Source: Selaginella moellendorffii
Lineage: Eukaryota > Plantae > Lycopodiophyta
Direction of reading: 5' to 3'
Assembly: GCF_000143415.4 (NCBI RefSeq)
Contig: NW_003314300.1
Span: 812,977-876,976 of the forward strand
DNA: 64,000 nucleotides
The position numbers and the translations under genes are program-made. Shown piece after piece: positions 24,499 to 35,936 of this stretch; position 1 is the stretch's first letter; every line of letters starts with the position of its first letter. The notes below the pieces were generated by a model that made no database searches, was not told where the DNA came from, and saw only the letters and a list, made by a program, of their open reading frames with translations.

Positions 24499-27174
24499 GT
24501 TAGCCACCCTTGCTGCTCTGGGAGTCACCCAGCTTACAAAAGTGTGATATGCCCTGCCCGCAGGAACATAGAGAGAGAAGCCAGAAGCCCCAACCCTCCT
24601 AAGCAAAGAAACCAAACCCGTCGGTAAGGTTTAGATAGACTACTGTAAACAGGCAGTTAGAGTTGTTTACACGGTCACACCCTTTTAACGGAATAAGGAA
24701 CATCGACAGAGAGGCAAGTTATGTGACCAGTCGACAGTAGCTACCCCATGACTAGAGATTTCAACATGCACACGAAGTGCCGAAGCTAGTCTGTCTATTA
24801 CTGGCCCAAACTCAAAGATCAATAGATGGACAATATCAAAGTCATAAACAATGATATCTTAGAGACTTAATTATCAGTGAGTATATCTTAGATTAGAACA
24901 CAAAAGTATTCCAAGTAAGTTATCATCCAATAAACTAGTATTATAGTATAGGAACCACCAAGATCATCATAATTTGGCAAACACAGGTATGACCATCCAA
25001 CAAAATTCAATAACAAGTGTGTCATCAAGAAAACTCAATGACCAAACTTAACTATCAAAGATTGCAGATAGAATGCCAAACAACTTACCAAAGAAAACTC
25101 AAAGAACACAAAGTATCATCAACTGGCAAGCAAAATGTTCGCGAATGTATCACCCGGAGGAAATAACATTCCAATTTATCAGAACAAACTCGAGCAACAA
25201 TCAACAGTAGAGAATGAATGCGGTAAGACCAACAAACACTCATTCCTGCCAACTATCACAAAAGCTAATTCAAATAGATCCCAGCCAACAATACCAAGGA
25301 ACTCAAGTTGCCTAAGCAAGTGTCAGCAACATCCTACTGATGTCTCAAACCCAAGAGACCAATCCAGAGCAAATCACAAAGAACATGTGATATTGCAAAA
25401 AGCCACAAGCCATCAAAGAGAACAACTAACCACCATAAAAGATCGCCAATCATCCTATCAATAGAGAGATGCATAATCATCGTCTAAGAAAGAATCCACT
25501 ATCTCAAAGAGTAGCGAATTATTCTATATCAACAACAACCAAGCAAAACCCTTGACAAGGATAATCAACTATCTTAGATGATAATTAATCATCACCAATG
25601 ATTGCCAGATGCAAATACTAATGTCAACATCGAAGCTAATGAGCCAAAATGCCTTCCCCCAACAACTCCTAACAAATGGAACAATGAGCATGAAAACTCA
25701 AAGAACCAAAAGCTCAAAGAAGTCTATAGCCAAGTCTTTCCTAACAATGATCACAAGTCTCGCATGGACTAACGTCAATGCTAAAGAAGAAATCATGGTA
25801 CAACCCACAATATCCTCCTCAACACATCTATAAGCTAAACTTCATAATGCAAAGCTAATGAAGAGCATGTTTGCATCAATCCAAAAGCTAAGCATAACAA
25901 AGTTATGCTCAACAAGTGATCATCAAGCAATCCTCCATGAATCCATCTATAGCAAGACGTAACTCACATCATAACAAGCACAAAAAGAATTATCAATGAT
26001 TGATATATTTCAACTAAAATCCCATAAGGATTCAAATATCCAATATCGATCACTAACTCTCCCGCTTGTAGAGTTAGCATAGTCCATGACGAAATCACTT
26101 TTCAAGGAAAAGCCAAAGCTCAACCCTCTACTAAATAATCTCATCATAGAACACAACTAACTCAAACTTGCCACTCAGTTCATTTGAACGTCAACACAGT
26201 TGCTAACTAGCAAATGCACGAATGCTAATAACACAAAGCTATAGCCAAATCATCAACACTATCTTCATTAAGACTAATGAAACTCGACATCAATCTTGTG
26301 GAGAGACATCTCATTTCACTGAAATCTCAACATTAACAATGTCAACGACAAGGCATCACCTCAATGCCATCAACACTAGAACAAAGCTGGAAGAAAGCAC
26401 GAGTGTATCACCACTCAAAGCTCTCTAGCAACCAAGCTAACCGAAGTCGGAGATACTTTACTCAGTATCCGAGACCAATCTCTCAACAATACTCAGTCAC
26501 AGATAACACTTCCTCAAGGAGTGAATCACCACGTCCAAGACTCCATGAAATCCAACACTATGAACTAAACGCAACCAAATGATATCAACAGAGGTAGAGT
26601 CGATATGCCAACATGGAAAACCCATGTAAGTCTAACAACACGATCCTCCGCAACACCATCCGGTAAAGCAAGCCTATCACTGATAAATCTTCATCGAGTG
26701 AAGCAAGTGTCAACAGTCCTTAACAAAGTCTACAAGCAATCACTAGTTGCCAAGCAACTAACCATCACTTTTCAACTTGCTTTCATGAGACCCAAACACT
26801 AAACTCACGTCATTTAGTCATACACTTGTCCAATATGAACATGATACCTTCGGTATGAGATAAAAGTTCATTGACAAGCACAAACTAAATGACCACTCGA
26901 ATTCAACTCAACTGCAATAAGCTCACTAATGCATTTAGCCACTAGCTCTGAGCATGCCTTGAAGAGGCTAGCTATGCATGATCAACATTCAGTTGAAACT
27001 AAAGTGAAGACCATGAGATGGATCTATATTGGTACACAACCTCCTCATAGACAAAGCTATAGTATGGGTACTAACATCTCAAACTCAAACAACTAAGTTG
27101 GACATCACCATCCTTAGCCAAGGTGCAGGGCCACCAAGACCAAATCAAGATCAGTGAGAGCTCACTACTCTCAT

Positions 27175-27275
27175 NNNNNNNNNNNNNNNNNNNNNNNNNN
27201 NNNNNNNNNNNNNNNNNNNNNNNNNNNNNNNNNNNNNNNNNNNNNNNNNNNNNNNNNNNNNNNNNNNNNNNNNNN
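27175..27275. other. Assembly gap
   Basis: Run of about 100 N. Confidence 1.
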
Positions 27276-30200
27276 CTACACTAACTCCAGACTCTATCCA
27301 ACTCAATTGCCTTAGCCCCAAAAGTCAGCATCCCTTTCGGGCCGCATCATATAAATTACATACTAAGGTCTAAGCTAACCGAAGTGAACTCCAACCCCTT
27401 CACTAGTTTGTATTGGCTTTCGAAAACGGAATGGTTTTCGGACAAAGTGATAACAGATCAGCCATTGGAAAAGTCTAAGAAAATTTGTGGAAAATTCTCC
27501 ATCCTAGAGAAAGAATGACTCTCAGTCCAGGAATACAAACTTTTAAGACTCAACCAACTTCCTCCTACTAACAACTTCACATACGTTCACCTCAACACAA
27601 ATTCTCATGACCCATAGTATGCTTAAGCCTCGAACATCTTTCTGCCCATTCTTTCGACATCCAACATCGATATCCGTAAAATGCAAATGGAACATCCAAG
27701 GTTTGATCACGAAGACCACATCTTCGGATATCCATATTACACTAACACTCTTCTTCAACCACTTTCAAGATCCAATGTGAAGCTAAAACACTAACAAGAA
27801 AAATGACATGGAAAATCAAGCTCTAAGGAAAATTCCTTATCACTCGAAGTAACAATGCCACTTCCATTAACACAAGTGCTAGGGATGTCAATGCCCCAAC
27901 TACACATCTTCTCCATCCAACAATCTACTCCAAGTGTTAACGGATCAACTAATAAGCTATAGCAGCTAAATGCTACAACCCTTTTCCAACACCTTAGTGG
28001 GCAAACTCAAGGAAACAAGGAACAAGGAACCAACTTAAGCTTAACATAATGAACCACCATTGAGAATCCAGTCAAAGCTACTACAATGCTACTTTGTGCA
28101 AGTAGACCAGCTTCACCATCAACCACTTTGGGGTTGATCATCGTTTAACCAAGCAACTTCGTAAACACATTGCTCATTATCACATGGATATGATATAGAA
28201 ATCACAATGACTTGATCATCAATTGAGCAACACCACAGGCAATGCTAATGTCATTACTTCAAAGGTTTATGTAAGTATTAAGTGTCAACTCGATTTGACA
28301 AAATGCAACATAAATGCCACACTCTACCGATAGAGATCTACAACACCCAACACCACTAACTTTTGTTCACAACACAGACAAGCTCATGCCACTCACTATC
28401 CGATCAAACTCAAAACTTAACCCAACACCAAGCTACTCAAGGAGCAATAGCAAGGTTCTCCGGAAAAGAATTGAGCATTGCAACCCAAATCTTCCAATAG
28501 CAAGCCTAGACAAAATGGTATAGCGCTTCACCGCTATTCATCCCACAACTCACCATTTGTAAGACCATCATCTCCAAGATGCATCAAGGTAGGGACTCTT
28601 GATTGCATAATGTGAACACGAGCAATGAGTCACACCTCGTTGCAAATCATCTCTCCAAGATGAGAAGATGATTTACATGTTTGATCCTCCGTCCCCGATG
28701 ACTCTTTTTTCGGTTTCATCTTTGACCAAACCTCAAGCTTGCTTCCGCACTGTCTTCAATCCAATCCAAGAAAAGTTTATGAGAGAGCACGGCAATGATT
28801 ACTTGAATCAATAGACTCATCCCTACAGTCTTGATTGATTCACTTGTAATCATGCCTAGGAAGGATCCACTAGTGCCGTGCTAAACAGCTACGGACCAGC
28901 CTATTTGCCACTCATAGCAAGCTCAGGGAAGGTTTGCTTTCACTCACGGTACATGGAACAACTCATGGAACCACCGATAGGCTAACATTAATCCTGCCAA
29001 CTCAAAGTGTAACCTCAAGTTGCTAATGCGCCTCACTCACGAGCCCAAGCTCAAACTCGTGCTAACGGAGCATCTCAAATCCATCCTATGAGCCCAAGAG
29101 CAAGCTCACATTGTTAGGTACAAAAGGTAACCAAAACCATACCCAAGGAACAAATGTGAACCCTTTGCACCAAACGTGTACCCACTCGGATCATCGTTTT
29201 CATCTCTACGTACGCAACGAGACTAGTTGCCTAATCTCATTGAATAGTACTCGCTGAGACTCATGCTCTGATACCAAATGTAGCGCACGTGGTTTTGACC
29301 CTTTATCCTATAGTGATTTACCATAGGATAACACCACGAAGCGGAACCTAAACCCTCTTTGTGCCACGTGACAGATGCCACGTGTCACATGCCATGTGTC
29401 CATGCCACGTGTCCATAGGAACCCGAGGTTCAGGGCCTTGGGCCACTGAACGAAGGAACGGTGCCAAACTCCCAAGCATGGAGCCAAGGAGTGACGGAAC
29501 CGAACCACGGAGCAACTCCCGAGCATACAGCCCAAGGAGTGAAGGGACAGGAGCCCGGAGCGACTTAGAACAGTCCTAGAGTAACCAGCATCCCAATGCC
29601 AGGACCAGCACGCAAAACGGAGCCAAATGGAGTCTGGCACTATTTTAGCATACCGGTGGCCTAACGCGAGGATATGGGTACTCCACCAACTAGCATGGAA
29701 TGGAACTTGGGCTTAGACCCAAGCCGGACGCAGAACAAGGACAGGCACGCAAGCGGGAGCTAGACTATGCCTTAGGTTGGTCGGCCATGCCCGACCTACC
29801 CACTATCCCTACTATACATTTGGAACCCCTCACAGCCCCCCCCCCCTTGAGGAACACACGCTTTGGGCTTTCACCCCAAGCCTCCCTTAGTATCAAGAGT
29901 TAGTCTCTGGGACAAGCTCGAAACTTACTAAATATGGAATGTCCCTAGATTGCGAATTTGGACACGGGACGAACACCATTGTGTTCAGGACGATCTCTAC
30001 ATTCCGTAGATATGCCAAATGAGCAAATCTGGACACTTTCCATAAATAGCATTTGGGACCGAAACGAGACTAACACAAAGGGCATGATAGCGAGGGTGTT
30101 TGGCAGACACGGTAAGCTATCATCTAGCAATATTGAGGGACCAAGCTCAATATCGCGGGGGTTCCTAACACTAGCAAGTGCAAGCCAACATCATGAGTTT

Positions 30201-32116
30201 CTCATCACCGTGTCAAGTCTGCTTGACTAAATGACAACTTAGGATTTCCTTCCTTGTGCCCTTCCGGTCTAAGTGCACATGTGATGACCAGTTTCTCAAC
30301 TAGCTTAGGCGGAGACTGATAACGGGCCTAGCAATACCGACCTCCTGCCATCGTGGCAGTAAGGTAAGAGTGTCCGTAAGGACTAGTCGACAGGTAACTT
30401 TCGATACCCGAAGTCACATGCGCGACAGTTATGCTAGTGCAGGTACTAGTAAGGAACTTTGTATCCCATGCTTAAAGTAACTCTTTAGCAGCTGCAATAC
30501 TTTGAGTGATATAAAGTTTTTCATTCATTACATTCTCAAGTTTGCTGTCTAGCCTCTTATCATTGTTATGATGCCAAGTGTTGAAGAGCTCCAAGCAAGC
30601 AATTTGTTTGTTGAAAGTGAGCTTGCTTTTTGCGATGTTATAGATCAATTCTTCAAGTGCTTTGCCATTTCTTATAAGGACAAGGATTTCAAAGTGGAAA
30701 GAGAAAGATAAAAGGGACTAACGTACTGCCATAAGAGCATATCTCTACAATGCAATCTAGTCAATCTTTATCGCATCAGATGTCCGCAATTGCAAGTAGC
30801 TTCTTCACCTTTGATTTCTTCAAGTTCAAAATGAGCTACTCAATTTGTTGCAGTTCAAAGTTCTTTTGCCCCTCATCCATCACTTGTGTAATCTTCAAGT
30901 ATGAGTGTTGTTTTGCCTTGATAATTGGCTAAAAGGAAAACTTGCAAGTAGAAAACACAAGTTCATGCAAGAAGAGGATACCTTTGCCCAAACCACAACC
31001 AAAAAATCTATAAGCACTTGATACCAAGTAAGAAACTCTTGGCCTTTACGTGCTACAAGTTTTGCTTGAACTACTTCCATAACCTTGCAACTATACAACA
31101 TATGGAATTCCTTGAGAGAAAGCATGCTAACATATCAAAGGTGCTTGATATTATGGACCAAGGTATAAAGCAAACTAATTATGCCTGTAATATAGTTGGT
31201 GAGAACAAAGGTTACTAGTAAGGGATTGATCTTGTGACATGCTAGGTTGAGCTTCATAGCTTGGTTTTGATCCTTTGGCTCCACAAGTGTCACTAGAACA
31301 CAAACATGTTACTCGTCATCATCCTAGAACTTCTCTTGGATACACCTCCAAAATGTTAACCACCAGTGGTTTTTATCAATAATGAAGAACATTTGGCCTA
31401 CAAATGGTTGTCTCCTTGTGGCACGCTATCAAAGTATCATATCTGATCCCAAGTTTGCTCAATCTCGCAAGTAACCATGTCTATGTGATTTGTTTCTGGG
31501 AATGATGATGACACAATAAATGATCCAGCAATGTGCTTGAATCCAACCCCTATGAAAGAGGTATATATAACCATGTTAAGGTTGTAGGCTGAGCACACCT
31601 AGTGACTCTGCTTAAGATGGCAAAGTGGAATCTGAAGATGTTGGGATCCTTTCCAAGCCATTTCACCTAACACCCTACTGATAGTTTGTTCTTGAGCTTG
31701 GATAATAGTCTCGTGTCACTTATTCAAGATTGTATGAACCTCTAGCATAGTTACCACCTCATTTCTGTGACCTTCAAGAGCAACAGCATGTCTGCCATTT
31801 CCACCACCAAGATCTGCCCCACCACCTATGGCACTAGATGCCTTATTTCCACCACCATCAACAGCTTCTCCTACGCTATAGATAGGTGGACACCACTGTT
31901 CCCACCATGGTCTTTGTCTGAAGCAGCTCCTTGAACTTGTGAGGTGTTCCTAGTGAATCTAGCTCAGCAATCTAATCATTTTCTTGGAGAACGGGTCTAT
32001 TAAGGTTGACTGGCATGCATCTTCTATTGTGGCATGATTTATATGTTTGCATAAAAATGACAAAAACACTTGAGTAAACATTAAAAAAAGTTTTGAAGAA
32101 AAATCTAAGCAATTTT

Positions 32117-32577
32117 CTTGGTGTTGGGAAGATCAATTTACTGTTGAATCAATCTTCCAGCGCCAAGGGAACAAAAGAACAAAGAAAATGAATAGCTCCC
32201 TTAACATTGGGAAGATTGGTTCGGTGGCAAACCAATCTTTCAGTGCCAAGATAACAAAAGAAAAAAAGAAAAGCAATAGCTCCTTTAGCGTTGAGAAGAT
32301 TGATTTGGCAGCGAAATAATCTTCTTGTGCCAAGGGAAAAAAAAAAAGAAGAAAAGAAGTAGTGGTACTGGGAAGATTAATTCATTACTGAACTAATCTT
32401 CTAGTGCCAAGGGAACAAAAAAAAGAACAAAAGAAGCAATTTCCTTGGCACTGGGAAGATTGATTTGTCACCAAACCAATCTTATAGCACCAAAAGAACA
32501 ACAAGGAAAAAAAAACTTAGAATCTAATATGTTGGGAAGATCAGTTTGCTGTCGAACTAATTATTCTAGTGTGAAGT
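32117..32577. repeat. Six-unit tandem array (about 82-bp period) of roughly 50-bp hairpins with A-rich linkers
   Basis: Consensus CTTGGCACTGGGAAGATTGATT-n6/7-AAYCAATCTTCYAGTGCCAAG at about 32117, 32200, 32283, 32362, 32444 and 32527. Confidence 0.85.
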
Positions 32578-33001
32578 AGCCATGAGATGCAAGTTGCTAG
32601 CGAGCTAGGAGCAAGAGATGGGGAGATGGAAAAGCAGCAAATAGGGAGATTGAGAGGCATACCTTGATTGAGGAGTGTCTTTCTAGTGTCTTGAAGAGCA
32701 TCTAACATCCTAATTGAGAAGCATCTTGAAGCACATTCCAAGATTCAAGCATTTTTCTCTCACCCTTCCTTGCTCAACCCTAGCCATAAAACCCTAAAAA
32801 TTAACAATCATGATCAATGGTCATGATTTTCATTCTCTTTAATGGCGATTGCTTCCTAGATTCTAGTGATATGTCAATTTTTTAATAGTACTTTAATTTT
32901 GCAAATGGTAGGATATATTTATTGGATAAATCCACTATGAACATAGATTTCACATATTCTTTCCAAGGAGACAATTATTCAATGTTTTAAATATTAAGAT
33001 A

Positions 33002-33402
33002 TGTGTAATTGATTGTGAGAGGAATAATATTGTTGACATGAATAGGGTTATTAGTGAGAGGCACCAATTAATCACAAGAATTGTAACATTGATTGCTGGT
33101 TCTCCCTCTTATATTCATGTTATCTTCCCTTCAAAAGAGTTTCATTCTTTTGTGACAAGTGAGAAAGAGTCAAGCTCGAAAAGGTCTGTTCATATACAAT
33201 TTTTTCGCACGTGAACAAACCTTTCCGAACTTGACTCTCTCTCACTTGTCACAAAAGAATGAAACTCTTTTGAAGAGAAGATAGCATGAACATGAGAGGG
33301 AGAACAAGCAATCAATACTACAACTCTCATGATTAATCAGTACTTCTCACTCATAACCCTATTTATTTCAACAGTATTATTCCTCTCACAGTCAATTATA
33401 CA
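33002..33402. mobile_element. Foldback/MITE-like element, about 400-bp imperfect palindrome
   Basis: Arms of about 190 bp (e.g. ttcaaaagagtttcattcttttgtgacaagtgaga versus its reverse complement at about 33240-33275) around a short loop. Confidence 0.85.
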
Positions 33403-34947
33403 ATTAATATGGGTGGCTCTTTAAGATTCTCATATATCTCTAAATTCTAAACGGTTGTATATTTTGTTAAAATAATTAATTTGTCCTTTGCAAGGACACA
33501 ACTAATTGAAGCTCACAATACAAAAGAATATCTTTATTCTTTCTTGTTAGTTTCTCCCTAAATTTTTTCTAAGTGCTTGAGCAAGAAGGAGATATGAGAA
33601 AATTCTATTTGAAGTTGATCAAGAACCTTCAATTGTTTTCTCTAAGAGTGTTATAAGAAAGAGCTTCCTCTACAAAAGATTCAAGCTGAAGCCAGGATCA
33701 ATTAGTCTAGAGAATGTATGTTACAAAAAGGGTAATTAGATAGAAAAATCCATTCTTAACAGTGGTGTAGGAGAGAATGGGATTCAGTGGGATCTTGATA
33801 GATATAAAGGTCAGGAGATTCTAGTTATAGGATCTTTGAAGTGAGAAGAGGAGAACGCATCAATTCCATAACCAACTATGCAAGGAATAAAGGATGAAAT
33901 TGTTATTCTTTCCAATGACGAAAGTGAAAAAGATGAGCTTCTTGACATAGCTTCCCAGATAATTAGATGCATTTCTTCTAGACTAGTTTTTAAAATGGTG
34001 GATAAAGTATTTTGGCAATCTCAATCATTACAGTTGGAATTGAAAGAGTTCCAATACATAAGAGGTGAGGAGCTTCTGTCTTTCTATAATGGGAATATAT
34101 TCTTCTAATTTCTACTGGCCAATTCATCAAGCAGGAAGAGGGGCATAGAGACACATCTTGATCCACACAATTGGTGTAGGGTGAAGATGACCTAGTTCTC
34201 CTATTTCAACGAATCTATATCCATAGTCCATTATGGTGGACAGTTTTAGTGTGTCGCTGAGAAATGCATTTCTAATCATGGCAAGAATATGTGTTTCTTT
34301 GAAGGCTTAGCGATCAATCCCCCTAGGCGTGATGAGGTTGCTACAGGGTTTAGATGTTGCAAATGCAAGGTAACACCTATGTGTTAAGCATGTTGCGATG
34401 CAAAAATGTAATATTTTTTTCCATGGGATGGATATTTAGGCAGAGTAGCAGTGTATGTTAGATACTATCAATATACAATAGAGGAAGGAATTGTCAAGAA
34501 TCCCCCAATTCTTGCCACATTCCTAACTCTTGCCGGATTCCTGACCTGCAAACCACATTCTTGACTTTCGAGACACTTCCTTATTCCTGACTCTCGAGAC
34601 ACTTCTCGATTCCTGAGTCTCGAGCCACATTCCTGATGATGATGTGGCGCCTCCTCGACCTCAGCTATATTTAGGCCGTCCTCGATCCAAGAGTGGTGGA
34701 GCTTCATCAACTTATAGTATATATAGGTTAGCCTTGTTCCATTTCTCCACAATCTGAATCAACGCCAGTCTAAGGTGTCTTCTTTGTTTCCACTAGCTTT
34801 TCTCTTTATCTTTTTGCATTTTCCAGTCTTGATCTTGTCAGGGGTCTTGACAGTTTGATTCAGATTGTGATTTTTCGTTTTTTGATTTTCGTTTTGATTG
34901 TTTGATTACCTTTGCCTTTTTTTCCCCCTTTTTCTTTCTTCTTGCCA

Positions 34948-35919
34948 ATGGAGTCTCCAAGCCATCCTGATTTCTTTGCTGAAGTCCTTGCAAAAATCCA
35001 GTCTCAGAATACCGAGCTGAAGGCGACCCTTCTTCACATGCAGCAGGAGCTTGCTTCACTTTCGGCTCAAGGATCCAGTAAAGTTCCTGAACCGAAGGTG
35101 AGCTTCCCGGCGAAATTTTCAGGCAAGCGTTCGGAGCTTCGCGGATTCCTGAACCAGATGGAGTTGATCTTCGCACTTCAACATCGGCGGTACCCTACTC
35201 TCGAGTCTCAAATCGGCGCGATTGGGACATTGCTCGAAGGTGCAGCTTTGTCATGGTTTTCTCCTCTTCTGGAGAAGAGCATGAAAGGGGTCGTGGTTCC
35301 AGAGCTGATGGATCTTCAATTGTTCAAAGAGAAGCTCGAAACATGTTTTGGCGAGACGGATCGGGTTCGGGCTGCTACCACAAAGATGAGACGTCTCTCT
35401 CAGGGGTCTCGTCCTGCGTCGATCTACGCTGCAGAGTTCCAACTCCTTGCTTTGGACACTCAGTGGGATGAGCGGGCCCTGATTGACCAATTTTGTTTCG
35501 GCCTCAACAACGGTGTCAAGGATTTGTTGCTCACCATGGAGGATCCCAAGGACCTGTCAGATGCCATCAACAAAGCTGTTCGATGTGATAATCGTCTCTT
35601 TGAACGTCGTCAGGAAAGTCGCCGCGCTGCTGTTTTTCCGTCCCAGACTCAGGAATCCCAGCTTGAGTCTTCGGGGCATACTCCTGAACCTACTGCTCCG
35701 GTCCCGATGGATATTTCTGGTACTCCCCGACTCATTAGAGGGAAGTTGAGTCCTACTGAGAAGCAACGTCGAATATCTCATAATCTTTGCCTCTATTGTG
35801 CTGATCCTAATCACAAAGCAGCTGTATGTCCCAAGAAGCCTCCTCGACTGCTTGAGTTCACTCTGCCTCAAAATCCACCTCTATTGCAGTCGGGAAACGA
35901 CCTTGTCCAAACAGAGTAG
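34948..35919 (+). CDS. gag: Retrotransposon Gag (PEG10/Tf-like)
   Basis: Open frame: PAKFSGKRSELRGFL...LLEGAALSWF...LSQGSRPASIYAAEF...PVPMDI...LCLYCADPNHKAAVC. Confidence 0.93.
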   Translation: MESPSHPDFFAEVLAKIQSQNTELKATLLHMQQELASLSAQGSSKVPEPKVSFPAKFSGKRSELRGFLNQMELIFALQHRRYPTLESQIGAIGTLLEGAALSWFSPLLEKSMKGVVVPELMDLQLFKEKLETCFGETDRVRAATTKMRRLSQGSRPASIYAAEFQLLALDTQWDERALIDQFCFGLNNGVKDLLLTMEDPKDLSDAINKAVRCDNRLFERRQESRRAAVFPSQTQESQLESSGHTPEPTAPVPMDISGTPRLIRGKLSPTEKQRRISHNLCLYCADPNHKAAVCPKKPPRLLEFTLPQNPPLLQSGNDLVQTE

Positions 35920-35936
35920 GAGCTGTCTGTTTGGAC
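35892..35936 (+). promoter_or_regulatory. -1 programmed ribosomal frameshift signal
   Basis: G GGA AAC slippery heptamer (35892-35898) in the gag frame, 6-nt spacer, perfect 11-bp stem GTCCAAACAGA/TCTGTTTGGAC. pol is in the -1 frame and open from there. Confidence 0.8.

Larger units (their letters stand above)
22304..30427 (-). mobile_element. Non-autonomous LTR retroelement (LARD-like), complete with TSD
   Basis: Near-identical LTRs 22304-23457 and 29279-30427 (TG...CA); TSD GTTAT on both sides; PBS GCTCTGATACCA (rc tRNA-iMet) 29265-29276; PPT rc CTCTCCCCCCCCT 23458-23470. No gag/pol motifs seen internally. An N gap lies at 27175-27275. Confidence 0.93.
19200..32040 (-). pseudogene. Unidentified decayed multi-exon coding region split by the 22304-30427 LTR element
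   Basis: A minus-strand frame rejoins across the insertion (…FLTSTCTSI|TLPEYIHAFLQELGDGWLLDG…). GT-AG intron-like breaks occur near 30930-30980. Limits are very approximate. Confidence 0.4.

Noticed and set aside
24503-29264. Coding capacity in the LARD interiors (also 57138-61197)
   Set aside because: Only short ORFs with no gag/pol motifs recognised. The N gap means a hidden coding part cannot be fully excluded.
32117-32577. CRISPR-like repeat/spacer appearance
   Set aside because: Repeats are degenerate, linkers are similar A-rich tracts rather than unique spacers, there are no cas genes and the context is eukaryotic.
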